Below the pieces are notes generated by a model that had not been told where the DNA came from, did not search any database, and saw only the letters and a list, made by a program, of their open reading frames with translations. A stretch of DNA of 64,000 bases, from positions 115,508,001 to 115,572,000 of the forward strand of contig NC_045697.1 in NCBI RefSeq assembly GCF_009834535.1, in the 5' to 3' direction. The position numbers and the translations under genes were made by a program. Below, one piece after another: positions 25,019 to 39,570 of the stretch. Every line of letters starts with the position of its first letter. Within the stretch, counting starts at the first letter, position 1. The stretch comes from Camelus ferus. Taxonomy: Eukaryota.

Positions 25019-27465
25019 GAGAGAGAAAGCGACAAACCATCTGGTAGTTATAATCTGGAAGGGACTCTGTGGTGTCACCTCAAATGTGTGCCCTATATAT
25101 GGATAGTAGAAATATTTCTAGTACAACTGTATTTTAAATTCATTTTCTCATCAGGTTAATACAGGGCATGATGACTGCTTTGTACAAATTTTACAGCTTC
25201 ATAAGCTGAAAGCACATAAATGCCCTCAACACCTTATCCAGAATCCCAGAAATGATTGAGCCCAAAAAGAAAGAAAGAAAGAAAGAAAATTGTGGCTTCC
25301 ACACTCCTAGACACCATTTGAAATCACTAAATGCTACTTAATAAGACAAATGGATAAATACATATATATATAGCAGTTTTGTAATCTTATAGTATTTCCT
25401 TAAAGGGATGATGGCATAAGGTTTTGATATTATTACTTCTATACTGAGACTCACAGGCAGAAAGGAAATGATAGCTCGGGCCAAGAGAAGATATGTTTTC
25501 ATGGCCAGATTGCGGCCATTACAAGGATGGATTCACATATATGGCCCAAGTCCTATTGATTTTGCTTATGACTGTTAAGTTTCCAAAGTGTTAGATGTTA
25601 AAACATCTTGTTCCCATTGTGCTAGCTTAGTTATTCCCATTAACATTAATAGGAGTTCTAGAATGCATTCAGAGAATATGTAGCATTTCACAGAATTTTA
25701 TGACCAATTACGTTTTAGCCACTTATGATATTGCCAGTCATATTTACAAAGACGTTACACAAGCATATTTTCCTGAGAAAAATGTCAAGAGCCCATCGAA
25801 GGGCTGTGGCATATTTTAATAGAATTACTGTTTGTGACATGATTAACTTTTCATCCATGAGGGTTAAAAGCATCATCAGTCATTTCTCTTGCGTTTGGAC
25901 CAGGATGTCATTACAATACATCACCTAAGTGATGGCTGAAGACAGCACAGGAAGATGGAAATAACCCACATTTTATGTCCCAGCGTCTTCGAAATGTATA
26001 CCCAAGGGGGATGTCCGGCTTCTGGTCTTTAAGTGAATTTATTCAACTATTTCAGGGGCTGTCATATAAACTGGGGATTATCATTTCTCCTGTGTTAACC
26101 AGTTCATGGTTAAGGTTTTTATAAAGCACATCTTTGTTGGCTAAACATTATGACTTCCACAGCAAGCGCTGTCTTTGCCCTTTTTTGTGTGTATCTAATG
26201 CACAAATGCTGTGGTCCTATACTCACAGCAGTTAAGAAACATTGCAAATATAAAATAATGAAGCTAGAAGAGCCTCATCTGTTGCTTCCTTGTCTGACTT
26301 TCGTTCCTGTAGAGTGTGAAAAGTGGGGCTCGCAGGTACCGCGGCCGGTCGTGAAAGTAATTTCCTCTTACTTCCTGGAAAGTCCAAATTATCTTCTATC
26401 CATTCTGCTTTCTCTAGTGTCAAAGCAGGGGAACAAAACCTTCATTTTCTCTCTATTTTTTTTTTTTTCTTTTCACTCTGATTCATACCCTCTGCTTTCT
26501 ATTGGAATCATAATTCACTGGGTTAGTGAGTATGTTACTTTTTGACTTTTATGTCTTCTTTTTGACTTGTTCTTAATATTTTCTTTCATCTTTATAAACT
26601 TCATGAGAGCTGAAGAACATTATCTGAGTTCGAGGAACTACAGAGGCCTATAAGAATGTGCAGATTGGCTGACACCCATCCCTGTAAATCAATCTGTCCC
26701 CAAAAATGCAGTGTAGTGAACACTGGCCCACATCATATTCCTCCAAATAGGGATGTTTCTGAAGAGAATTTTGCCTAAAAATCCAATGAATATGGTTTAA
26801 TGCACCAAAATATCAAATTTCCTTACAACTTTCCTGAGAGCTGCAATTGGCTGAGCAGAAATGCTCTTCTTAACATCACCTTCCCAGATGTACCTTCATA
26901 ACTTGCAGGCAACCTCACGCCATACATGGAAATCATGGTTTTTATCATCAATTCTAAATAATGGATTTTGCCTAGTCCTTTCTGTTCTCCAAAAAACCAC
27001 ATGACAAACATATTTGTGCAGATGATAAGGCTAAAGATGACAATGTAAAGAGCATCATTTACAAATTTCCTAAAATTCACTCTGTGGAATATGAAGATCA
27101 ATGAGAAGCTCATGTATGAAGGACAAACTTGTACAGAAACCTCTCAATAAACGGATGGACCGTTCTCTCTATTAGTCAAAAATCTGCATTTTCAAATTCT
27201 TTTAAAAAGTTAAACTAACATCTCCCCAAGTGTATTCCAGATTTTCAAGATTTTGAAATCTGAGGGGCACAGAATTTCCTACCTATAAGGCATTTTCACA
27301 CGAGTCTTTCTACACTGTCAGCTATGCAAATGAGAATGATTTCAAAAAATGCTGAAATGGAGGAGGGAAACGCAGTTTGTAGTGAAATCTGACTGAAAAT
27401 GGTTAAAGGAGAGTGTCCCAAAGAGAAGCCAAATATTCGAAGAGTGACAGAAGACTTAAATCTTC

Positions 27466-27565
27466 NNNNNNNNNNNNNNNNNNNNNNNNNNNNNNNNNNN
27501 NNNNNNNNNNNNNNNNNNNNNNNNNNNNNNNNNNNNNNNNNNNNNNNNNNNNNNNNNNNNNNNNN
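27466..27565. other. Assembly gap (100 N)
   Basis: Run of exactly 100 N, the usual placeholder for a gap of unknown size. Confidence 0.99.
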
Positions 27566-30500
27566 TCATGTTCCAAGGCCTCAGACATGCAAAAATACTC
27601 TTATCTGTTAGAATATGCCAAGGGCTCAGAACTCATCTCCAAGGGAGCCAAGGGCAGATCCTGGGAATGTGTGGGGTTTGAACAACTCAGGCCTGCTGAG
27701 TTAATCCTCTTCTGCATGTGGGGTAAGCCAGATGCAGTGATCACAGAAGGCAGCAGCTTCTACCTCCAGTGCTGGAGGCTCACCCTCTACGTTGCTGGTG
27801 CTTGGACAGATTAGGGGGCAGGGTGGGGGTGGGAATGTGAAGTCGAGCTTGGAACCAATGAAGGATATGTGAGTGCCTGGTCTTGGCCTCCCCGAGGGGC
27901 TGCAGCACAGTGCCCCCCCAAAGTGACACGTGGAGCTGCAAGTGGCTTCTTGCCGGAGCAGCACTATTAAGAATGGAAAATAAGAAGTGTCTTCTCTGCT
28001 CCTCCCACTTTCCCATTTCCCTCTAATGATCGCCTTACATTTTTTCGCTCGAGTTCCTGCCAAACGGGTCAAATGTAGTGTGCAGACTCCTGCTCCAGCA
28101 TCAGTAAATAACCATCACACTAACCTAGAGAAAACTACTAGTTAACAACAGGAGCCCCATGACTTAAAAAAAAATGTCTTACTTCTACAAAACTGGTCTT
28201 TCCATCCTATCTTGACAGCAAAGTTGATGAGAAGTGGTTAGGCAGACAGTGTGGCTTGGACCACCAAAAGGGTAAAACCTTCAGTTTTTATAGGAAAGGA
28301 GCTTTAAAATCAGATTTCCTAATACAATTAAAAGTTCAGACCAAATATTAGAAACCTTGGATTCTTATCAACTCTCTCTATGAGCTCAGTTAACTCACAG
28401 TTACCCCTGGTTTCAGAATCCTTATTTGTGAAGCAGATCATAAGAAATGGAAGTTTTGAAATGTCTGAACTCTGAAATAACCCACGCAGGACTAGGAGAC
28501 TCAATCTGGTAAACTGGCAATGCATTGAATTTGTATTCTTTTAAACTGTTTTCATTTTGCCTTCATAAGGGCATTCTAAGGAAAATTCAATTAGTCTTCA
28601 CACTGCAGGTGGAAACTAGGGGGCAGACAGATCGGGAAAGTACCACCTGCTCAATATAACTGATGGATGATTTATTTTCCTTAAGATTAATGTCTTTAGG
28701 TGAAAAGACCATCTACCGTCCTAACATGCCCGCGATCCCTGTGAAGGCAGTATATAACTGCTAAGCCCCACGTGTTAAGCACACATGTGTTTCCAAATTT
28801 CCACCTGTGAAATATCTTCGCAAGGTGTTTACATCCATGTCAGTCCTTTGCTGGTGGAAAATAACTTCAGTGTTGGTGATATATAAGAACATCCAGAGAG
28901 ACATAAGAATTGTTAGCATTCCATTATTTTGACAGATTTTTAACAATATGGAGTCAGAATGTCTGAGTAGAGGCTTGGAACATGCAGGTTTACTAAACAT
29001 TCAGGTTACCACTCAAGGTTATCCAGTGACATCTGATACAAATCCCCAGGTTCCTCTCACTGAAGAATGAATGACAACTCTTAACCCAAGTGGTTAAGTG
29101 TTCTCTGTTTCATTTCTAGATCTTTGTGCATGTGTTTTAGAGGCTTGAGTTGTTGCTTGTGTTAAATTATTACTGGCCAAAAAAATTAAAAAAAGAATTG
29201 CTCCATGATTGACTTGAAAGGTAAATGGATTACATGCTGCTTCTTGTGAAGTATCACATGTCCACCCCCTCCTTCCCCCTCCAGTAGTAACTTTGAGACT
29301 CTTTGTTTAAATATATCCTCCTGTCTAACAGGTGACACATGCAGAATTGATTTCCAAATCACTGATGACAAAGGGAATCAAAGTGAAGAATACTGTTTAT
29401 GCCTTCAAAGGAAGTTTACAATCAATCATATGTTTTATTTTTTAAGTGGTGTGAAATACTGTTCTTCCAAAGGGCTGGTTTACATTCTTCTCATTATAGC
29501 ATTTTCAAGTTATGTTTCATAGTTTAAGAATGATTTGCAAAAATCATTTTGAAGAAGATTTATGACACTTCTTGTTTTACACCAAAGGGATCATTTCTAG
29601 GACACTTCTGGTACATCGCAACCATACACCACGTTGCCAAACCATGCTGTTGTTTACTTACCAGATTTTGGACTTTATACAGAAACATGTTGAAGCATTG
29701 TTATGTTCAGGACTCAATTCTTTCTTAACTTCAACAAAAGCAAATCAGATTAACACGTGGTAGACTTGGTCTTTTCTCTCTTAGTTACTGGATAGAATGA
29801 ACGTGCTTGACAGATGTGTGACCTGGGTGGAATCTGGTTTCTCTCACGGTTTGCAGTTTGGACTCTTCCTTGATGAAACTGAGCATAGCTTTTGGAGGGA
29901 TGTTGTATGTTTTTAAGAGAAGAAGCTTGGCTTGTAGCTTTGAAACTAGTTTAATTCTTTATTCTCCATTGGAAATATTTCATGGACCCTTTCTCACTGT
30001 AAGGATGTATTCTTGTAGCAAATCAACATTGACTTTCTGTACAGGTACTTGAAAAATATATGTTTGTGTATCCCTAACCTGGCTGGACAGTCTCCCTGTC
30101 ACCAGGCCTTTTTGTTTGTTGTGAAGCACTGTGAATTTTACTTCTTTCTAAAAATTTTGTGATAAGATTTTAATTTGCTATTAGATAAATCTGACTTTAA
30201 AGTATGAATAACATAAAATATTTATTCTCTCTTCGCTCTTTACTTATTTGACTATTTTCACCATTTAACTTCTATTTTTTTGTAGTTAATCGAATCTTTT
30301 AGAAAATTTCCTTCTTATTTGTATTGTACCTAATTCTTTAAAATCTTTCATGCTTTAAAGCATCGTAAGGCAGTTTTTTATCACAAGTAAAATATGTTTT
30401 ATGAAAAAATAGCACATTTTATCTTCCTGCAAGTTTTTCATCATGTTTTGTTCACTCTTTATATCTTTTTCAGTGTACTGAGAACTTGTCTTTATTTTCC

Positions 30501-30618
30501 AAATTGCTAAGTGATTTTTTTTGTTGTTATCAACTTTATTACTACCTATCAAGGTAATTTTTGTATTTAAAAAAACTTAAAAAGCATATCTTTATGTTTT
30601 CTCTCTTACTTACTTGTT

Positions 30619-30651
<33 letters not shown>

Positions 30652-31921
30652 TCTCTTTCCTCTTTTCTTTCTCTTTTATGGGGTTTGAGGCTTACAGTTA
30701 GGTTTTAAATGCTTTTAAGAATTAAGATAAATAAAATAAGAAAGACACAGGCAGACAGACAGAGAAACAGACAGATATATTTCTTCAGCACTTCAGATTC
30801 TGTAGTTTGGACAGATAATCCAATTTGTTTCTCCAAATTCAATGATGCCATTGAGAGGACAGTTATTTTATTTCCATTGAAGAAAATAATCCATCAATAC
30901 ACTATTTTGTATATTAAGTTTGGGTGATATCTGTGTTTCCTTCTCTCAGTGGGTTAATAACATATTTTATACACATAATTGTGTGCAGTTTTACAAAGGT
31001 GAACACATAATTCTCACTCATCACGTGGCCTTCTGTGCACTTGGAAAGGGATTGTTCTGATTTTCTTCTGTGCTCCAACTGCATTAAAGCTCTCCTGCTC
31101 TACTATCAGTACGGAATTTTCAAAGTGAGAATATTTACCCTACATTGTGTTATTTAAATACAAATTTCTCATTCATGATACAGTGTATCAGCTTTTTTAT
31201 AGAGATGCTCTGGTTCGTTCTTTTCTGATTCACTCACCTCTTGATTGAAGATCTCTTAGTTGAGATCAGTATGGACTTATATCAAGCAGCTCTTAACTTG
31301 TCAGATAGGAAAAAAAAATCTAATAATAACAAACTCTACAGTGACTGTGTCCTGAATATCAGTAGTGAGATATGGTAGCAATATCAAATAACAAAATCAA
31401 AGTTTTGAAAGTAACTTCAAAACTAACGTAGCTTGATCCAACTTCCTATCTGATTCTTTAATGTCCGTTACCGCATGCCCATTAAGGGTTTGGCAAATTC
31501 CGGGCTCGAAGATGTCTAGAGAAGGAAAACGTCCAGAAAGGAAACATGTTTTCTTTCATGCTGACCCAAGGCTTTGCTGCACCACAGCTTCTGCTGACTG
31601 GTGCTGTTTGTAGCTCTTTGAACCTAACAGAACGATGCCAATCCTTCCTTCATGCAACAGACACCCTTATAAATATTTGAGGGAAAGACTGTATTGTCCT
31701 TTTGTACATAAACCTTATCAAATTTGAACAACCAGTCATGATGTTTTTAAGTCCATTCATCATTCTAGTCCCAGTCCTCTGTGACCATTACAGTTGAGCT
31801 GGACTGTTTCTTCCATTAAAAAAAATTTGGTTTTCTGTCACTGAAAGGCTGATGTCATATTGATGTTACTTACACTCAATTACATGGCAGTTTTGTATCA
31901 GAATTATTCCCCCAAAGCCCC

Positions 31922-32408
31922 TGGGCAGGCAGAATAATGCGCCCTCCCTGAAGATGTCACACCCTAATCCCCTGAACCTGTGACTGTGTGACTCTGCACG
32001 GCACAGAGACTTTGCAGTGGGGTGAGGCTAAGGGACTTAAGATAGGGAGGTGGTCCCGGACTAGCTGGGTGGGCCCCAGGTAATTACGGGATCCTTACTA
32101 CAGGGAGGCAGTGGGATCAGAGTCGGAGAAGGAGATGTGACAACAGAGACAAAAGTCAGAGTGATGCTATTTCTGGAAGGGAGCCAACAGCCAAGGAGCA
32201 CAGGCAGCCCCTGGAAGCTGGAAAAGAGAAGGAAAGGACGCTCTCCCAGAGTCTCCAGAGAATGTACTGCTGCTGGAACCTGGATTTGATCCCTCGTAAG
32301 AAAAACGTTTGGACTTCTAACCTTCCAACTGTAAGATAATAAATCTGCGTTATTTTATGCTACTGAATTTATGATAATTTGTCATGGCACTGGTAGAGAA
32401 CTAATGTA
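31922..32408 (+). mobile_element. MLT1D-like LTR (duplicate of 5264-5750)
   Basis: Paralogous copy with a few substitutions. Confidence 0.8.
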
Positions 32409-35400
32409 ATTCCTAAATCACCTTCATCCATAGTGCTTCTAAGTCATGTGGTACTTAAGCAATTTATCGTTAGAAACCCTATAAAGCAAGTTATATTCAA
32501 TTCTTTTAAAGTTTTAGCTTATTGGATTGATCTCATCTCTCCATTTTTAATACATTTTAAATGCTGAATTTTGACTTTGATTATGAGCCTTATCACTTTT
32601 GTTCCTCCTGAAACTTGGTAGCGTACCTTATGTTATATAACCATGACGCTGGAATGAATGTTTCTTTTGCGTCATCTACCACCCGCATTGATCACTCTCT
32701 GCTTTCGAGGAAGGACCTAGCTGTGAGCTAACGCTACACTCTCCTTCCTCTCTCTATAGCAAAGGACTGGAGTTCTAGTTCTTTTCCTTCTCACAATATC
32801 AGGAAAAATAAGAAGGAAAAAAAAATGTTGACTGTTTTCCAGAAGGAATCTGAGACTCCAGAACCACATCAAAATACAAGGTTACCACCTAATTGACCAA
32901 AATTCTAACTGCAGAGTATGACGTTTTGCAGGAGAATTGTTCTGTCAATAAAAGAACTTAGTTTATTGGAAATGAAACAAAAGGATTGATGCACAACATG
33001 AGCCAATCATATGCCGTTTGTCAGGCATTTGTAGGAAGCGTTTTTCCACGTGATGCATGTTTAACCCCCACAACCTCCACCTGTTTGGTAGGTGTTGTCT
33101 TCATATATGAAATTACTAACCAATGGTTAGACAACAACTTGGTTAACAATTACATAGCTGTCTATAAATGTTGGAGGTGGGAATCAAACCCTCCTGATGC
33201 TTTATCTTTTACTATCATATTATTATTACTATAATTCTACAAATAAAATACTTGAAATATGTTACTATCCAGATTTTTCTAGCAAGGAAATTGTTATAAC
33301 TATTCTAAATAAACTCCAGGATTTAAAATTTGGAATATACAATAAGACAGAAAATATCTCTCAAAACACAAAAGTATCCGGAGAGAAAAACAGAAAAATC
33401 AGCAACTACTTTTTTTATAATTTTGTTAACAAAGTGTTGGTCAGTTGGTGAGCTCTTAATCAAGTCTTTATTCCTTTCGTTGACCTAAATATCTTAGCTG
33501 AAAAACATATTTGTTTTAGTCTCATCCTGGATTAAAACAGTTTTAAGCTGACATGCACATCTTAGAAAAAAAACACATTTCCTGAATAGAACGTTCATCA
33601 AATATCAATTTTAAAAATGAGCCTGTATCTTTAAATTGTTGGGGTCACTGTAATTATCCACCTTGATTTTTTGGGAGACAGAATTGAAATTTTAAAAAAA
33701 TAGATGTAATGTCACATGGGTTGGGTATTACTGGGTTGTGCTCCACGAACAATTAGTTGCTATGCAACAATACTTCGAGCAGTAACTGAAAGTATTTTTT
33801 GATAAAATAATTTTTTTTTAAATATTCTGGCTGGACTCAAGCTATGAATATATACATAAGAAGTATTCAGCCTGACTCAAGCCCTGATCTTACTTGTATG
33901 GACCTTTAATGATACCTTGGTCACAAGAAGGAAGAGTGCTCTGGCTGTGAATTCTGCATCAGTATGAGCTTTAAATGTGTTTGTCTCTTCGAAGAGAAAA
34001 GATGGCAGTTGGAATAATGGTATCTGGTGTTTATCACCCAACCCTGAGAAACTCAATACACTACAAAGTTACCTTTCCTATAAAGTAAAACATCTTTATT
34101 TTAGCAAAATAGAAACCAAATAAGCTGGTAAATATGATCACCAAGTCAAAATGTCAATTTGCTAATGGAGGAAGTAGAAATACAGGGTTAATGTTCAGCA
34201 TGATTGAAATAAGCAACAATTTACTTTAAAGGAACATGAGCAAATCCACTAGAGGATCAAGACTTGGTGAAAAATGAGATAGTGATTTTCAGGAAGAGGA
34301 TATCTATAAAACAGCTCAGCTTCTCCTCGGAAATCAGATGCCCTATTACTGTAATCCAGTATAGTACAAGGCGTGTTCTTGACATACTTCCACAACCATA
34401 GTTAGCAATTTCACACCTTACTATTGTGTCAGCATGACTGTAACTTCGGAAATGATTGCAAAGGTACTTTTCTCCCTTTTTTCTCATCCACGGTGATTTT
34501 TATTTCTGGGGAAAAAAAATGAACAAATCATACAGTGTTATATAATTTTATTTCTTAAAAAAACCCATATATTTTTGAAATACGTGAGAATGGCCCTATT
34601 TACTCCACTGTCTTTATATATGCTATGTTCAAGAATGAGTGAATGGGCTTAAAATACACAAAAATATACATATATTAAGTTATAGATATTTTCCCTTCAA
34701 GTTTTCTATACTTTATTAGTTTGTGATACTATAATTTTGTACTTGTAACACATATAAAATGCATTTGCATGGTTTAAAACACTGTGCTTGAAATCAGGAA
34801 GCCTGGTTGGTGCTTCAGCTCTGCCTCTTACAAGCTGTATGATTTGGAGGAAACATTTATCTTCTTAAGCTTGTTTGATCATCTGTAGGTTGAGCATATT
34901 AGTATCTATCATGTTTGATTTCTACAGTGATTAGTTTGAAACAGATAAAATGATATAAAATTAAATTATATATCAATCACACTTGATGAATCAAGTAATG
35001 ATGCAAGTCAGATTAAGTTCAAATTTTAGAGTGTATGATCATAGGAGTTCAAAAACAGCAGAAGTCTTTTTGTTTTGATTGTTTTGTCAAGATGACCTTA
35101 GAAGGACTGCTAGTTTATTCTAAAAGATTCAAATGGAGAGAACATTCCTATTCTAGGGAACAACACAAGCAAAAATGTATAATCAGAAAAGACAAACCAT
35201 GCTTGGGAGCTGTGGATAAATTATCCTTCTTGGAATAAAACGTTTATGGTGATTAACAGGAGTGACATGGTTGAAAAGACTGGAAAAAGGCAGATGGGAT
35301 TTTGTAGGGCTTTGATGTCAAGTAAGAGCTTCATGATTATTCAGGCGAAAAAGGAAGTGAAAGATGGAAGAAAGGAAGACAAAGGAAGGAAGGAAGGAGA

Positions 35401-38400
35401 GAGGGAGAGAGGGAGGGAGGGAGGGGAAAACATAAGGGAGACAACCATGAGGGAGGAAAGGGACAAGAGAAAGTAAATGACATGCATTAATGTCTTGCTC
35501 TGTGACAAGTCCTTTCATATAATCTCAGGTACATGATCACCATAGACAATTTCCTCTATACTATACTTTCTATAATTAAGAGAAATTATCCAGTGTGCCA
35601 AAGCCACCGCGTGAAAATATTGATAATAGTAATGTTTTGTGCTTAGTCCTAACCACACATTCGCTGCCCCTTTGCTGTGCATACTGGCTCTCTCTGTAAC
35701 TTGCAGGTGAGGAAGGGTTTTGTGTGGGATAATAGAAGTGCCATGCAAGGATATTAATGACAGCTCATCCGACTGTACTGTCATATCAGCATATAACGTG
35801 TTTCATTTTCCTAAACTGCTCACAGACATTAGAGGGGAAAAAAAGGCATTAAATCAAAAAGCAAAACCTGTTACAACTTAGCATATTTGTGAGTAGCTTT
35901 AGAAAATCTTACTCAAAATGGTATTTAGCATAAGGACCAGCCTCCTCAGAGATTTCAAAGGGTTGATTAAGAATGACATTTTTTCTTCACATAACCATCT
36001 GCTCAGAGACATGGAAATAATCCCCTGACCTGTACTCAGATGCCCTGGTTACATACCCATTTTATCAGTTCAAGACCTTTGGGATTTTCGCCAAGATTCT
36101 TCTAAATAAGAGGCCAGATAACTCTCCTTTGATTTTATTATCTCCATGTTACCACTTAAAAATTGTATTCAGAAATGAAAACCAGAGACAAGTAATATAA
36201 TACAGAAGATAAAGAGATGCATTCCAGAATATGAATGGTTTTTCCAATTTATATCGAGATAGGAGGCAAAGTTCTTCTTACATAACTCTGCCAAGGCCGC
36301 CAGGAATCATGGCCCTCTAAGACAAGCTCTCTTCTGAGAGTCCGGGGATCACACACAGCCAAGGCTCAGTAGGGTCTTCCACTTCTCAGGTGAAAACCAG
36401 AGCCTGGTCCACAAAATCATGTGTTGTCTCAGCGTCTTCCCCATTTTCTATACCAACAACTCATCCCCGAGATGACTAGAGCTTATTTCTAAGCCCCTTC
36501 TTGTCCATATAGATCTGTTTAAAAGAATACTCATTTTTCAAAGGAATTACCAATTAAGATTCAACTCTATGTTATTTTTATTTGCAATAAATTGCCTTTT
36601 TTCTTTCTCAATAAGTATCTTTACTTCATTCTAGATCGATACTGGTTAGTACATCAGAATGTAAATGAGTACTCCACAGATAATCATAATAAGGTTTTAA
36701 CTTTCCTTCTGAATAAAGGGGAAAATTATATGAAGCTAATATCATATTTCTTTTTTAAAATTAGATTTGCCTTTCAAAAGGCAAATAATCAAATAAGTGT
36801 CTCAATCAAGCAGAACTACTTTGATTTGTAACTCAACGTTTATATAAGAAATTTAACATCATTGACCAGTCACTCTCTGAAACTCTTATTTTGATTTTAA
36901 GATATCACTTATCTTTCTCCCTATCTGATTGCTCTTCCTCAGGAGAATTTGTAAATTTTCTTTATATACATTCCCTTAAATGCATTTTTGTCCCCCATAA
37001 TCTGTCTTAGACCTTTATCTCTTCTTTCATGACAAACCAGCCTCATAGCTTTACCTACAAACATGCTACTGAATTCAAATTTATTCTCTATTCTAAATCT
37101 CTCTCTTGAATTCCCGTCATACCTTTCCCTCTTAAGTATTTCACATCTAGTTCAACTCAACATGTCCCACTCAGCTGGATGTTTCCACAGCTTGTGTGAA
37201 GAAACCAAATTTATCACTTGACATCTTGCTGTTTGCTTAATTTTTTTCCTTCTGTCCATTAGAATATCAACTCTCAGGGAGCAATGTGTGATTTCCAACT
37301 GATATTTACAACCAAAAATAATTCTGATATAGCAGAGAGGAAGGAGACAGTTCCAATGAGAAGAAAGTGGTAGAGGGTACCCAACTACATTTAAGAATAT
37401 CAACCGATGTTACAACTCAGTATTTACCACCAGTACCAGCTGACATGAGATGATTTACTCCACTGTCAGTCTAAACCATCAAAAATAAAAAGAATTTCTT
37501 ACCAAGAAGATGAAGAAGAAAGTAAACTCTTCATTTCCATTTTAGCCCACAACCTAATTAAATAAGAGAGCTAGAATAAAAGAATGTAATTTAAAATGTA
37601 GTGACAGACAGAGAAAAATGCAATAAGATACAAAGGAGAAGTCTATGAGATGGTTCTTGATTATTCAGTATTATATAATGGCTGGCAGACTTCCTTACTA
37701 CAGCCTTGGATCCACAGGCTAGTGATCTAGCCCTTGAATCAGAGAGGAAAATAATTGTATTTTATAAAGCTAAATTATTCAAGTGGAAGACTGGAAACTT
37801 CCTGTTATCTCTGAATAACAGAGAAGCATTAAGGGAGCAATAATGAAACAGTAGGCCTCGTGTGTCCTGGGTTAATGAATTGCTGGTCTAAATAGTTCCA
37901 TCAAAGTGGGCCGATATTGATGTGCCTTTAGAAAGACAGATGGGATATTGCATGTGTCATTCAATGTAATGAATTGTCAGGGAGGAAAAAAAAAATCTCC
38001 AGAATGTGTATAATCATTTATGAGCAGTGAAGGAGGAAACTAAATTATAAGGAGATGTATTTCAATTCAGCTAAGAAAGCAAAAACATTTTTGAGTGTAC
38101 AAAAAAAAGTGTTTTTAGGAATCAGTTATTTTACAGAAATTAGCTGTTTTCCAAAATGACTCATGTTGAATCTGAGTATATGAATACAGACTGATGGTCT
38201 CATTACAACATGTTCCAAAAAAAAAGTTACAATTCACTACGGAAAAAAAAAGGTGTGTGTGTTGAGGGGAGGGGGTTTCAGATACTATAGTCAGAATGAA
38301 GACTAAATCTGAGGTATCCAGGAGGAATACACAGATATCAAGGACTATGTCTGAGTCATCTTTGCATCTTGAATGCCCAGCACAGAATACAGTTAATATG

Positions 38401-39570
38401 TGCTTGAATAAATGAAGCAGGACAGAACAGAATTCTAAAAAATGAGGCTTTTTAACAAAACTGTGTGCCAAAGATTTTTACATTCACAGTTACATTTGTA
38501 TTTCCCATTTACATTAATCCTTGACAACCCCGCAAGGTAGGTTTTATTATGCCCATCTTCAAAAGAGAACAGTGAGGTTCAGGCAGGCAATAGTTGTTTT
38601 GCAAAGTCAGCATCAATGTAGCTCATATGTGGCTGAACTGTGTAGGAGTGTATCCCCTATTATCCAATTGTCTAACTGATTTAAACTCCCTCTTTCAATC
38701 TCTCTTTAAATTGCAGTAAAGCTCATTGCAAACTGACGTGTTAGAAAATGTTTTAGAGCAGTCATTCCCAAATCTCCAAGTAAGCCAGTTTCCTTGGTGA
38801 CATCATCAGATTAAATGAAATGGGAAATAAGTACTAAATATATGACCAGAAGTTTAATGCTTCTTTTTAATTGGAGGGCAGGGTAAAATTAAGGAAAGGA
38901 TTGCTTGGCATTTTTATTGCAAATATTTCTTTCTGCCTCCTTGACCCACCCTCTGTGGAAATTATATATACTCAACTTGATTTCAACATTTAGTAAAACA
39001 GCTGTGAAATAGCATTCCATTTCACAGTAGGTTGATGAAAAGAGATGCCCATTGCAGAAAAAAAAAATGCAATAACAAAGAAGTTGCTAAGACTGCTTAA
39101 AAAATAACTAAAAAGGTGTGACTAGAGAATTGATCTAAGTTGGGTATGTTTCAAGTGTTGATTTCAGCAGGGAGATCCAGTATCTTTCAGTCCTTACTCT
39201 CACTGTCCCCTGAACTCCAATACAGAGTTCATGACCATGTACTCATAACCCCCAACATATCTCAGGAGATTTAACTGTGCTTTCTTTAGCCAGTAGATCG
39301 TAGACTTAGGACTTGTCTCTATGATGTAAGAAGTTAATTTCCCACCAAAAAAAAAAAAAAATGGTATTAATCTTGACATTTTCATCCATTTGATAGAATT
39401 TATTAGGTGTGATGTATCAGTCACTGTTCTGGGTATGGGATATATAGAGTGAAAAAAAAAAAAATAGACCAAAGCTCTGACTTTGGGGAGCTTACATTCC
39501 AACAGGAGGAGACAGTAAATAAGGTAAAGATCAAGACAGGGCTGTAAATGGGCCCACTTTAGAATAGATT

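Larger units (their letters stand above)
905..26595 (+). repeat. Large direct duplication, copy 1 (~25.7 kb)
   Basis: Colinear near-identity to 27566-53250 from TCATGTTCCAAGGCC to TTCTTTCATCTTTAT. The ORF track also repeats at an offset of ~26.66 kb. Confidence 0.98.

Noticed and set aside
27399..27814. ORFs reading through X residues
   Set aside because: Artefacts of translating the 100-N gap.
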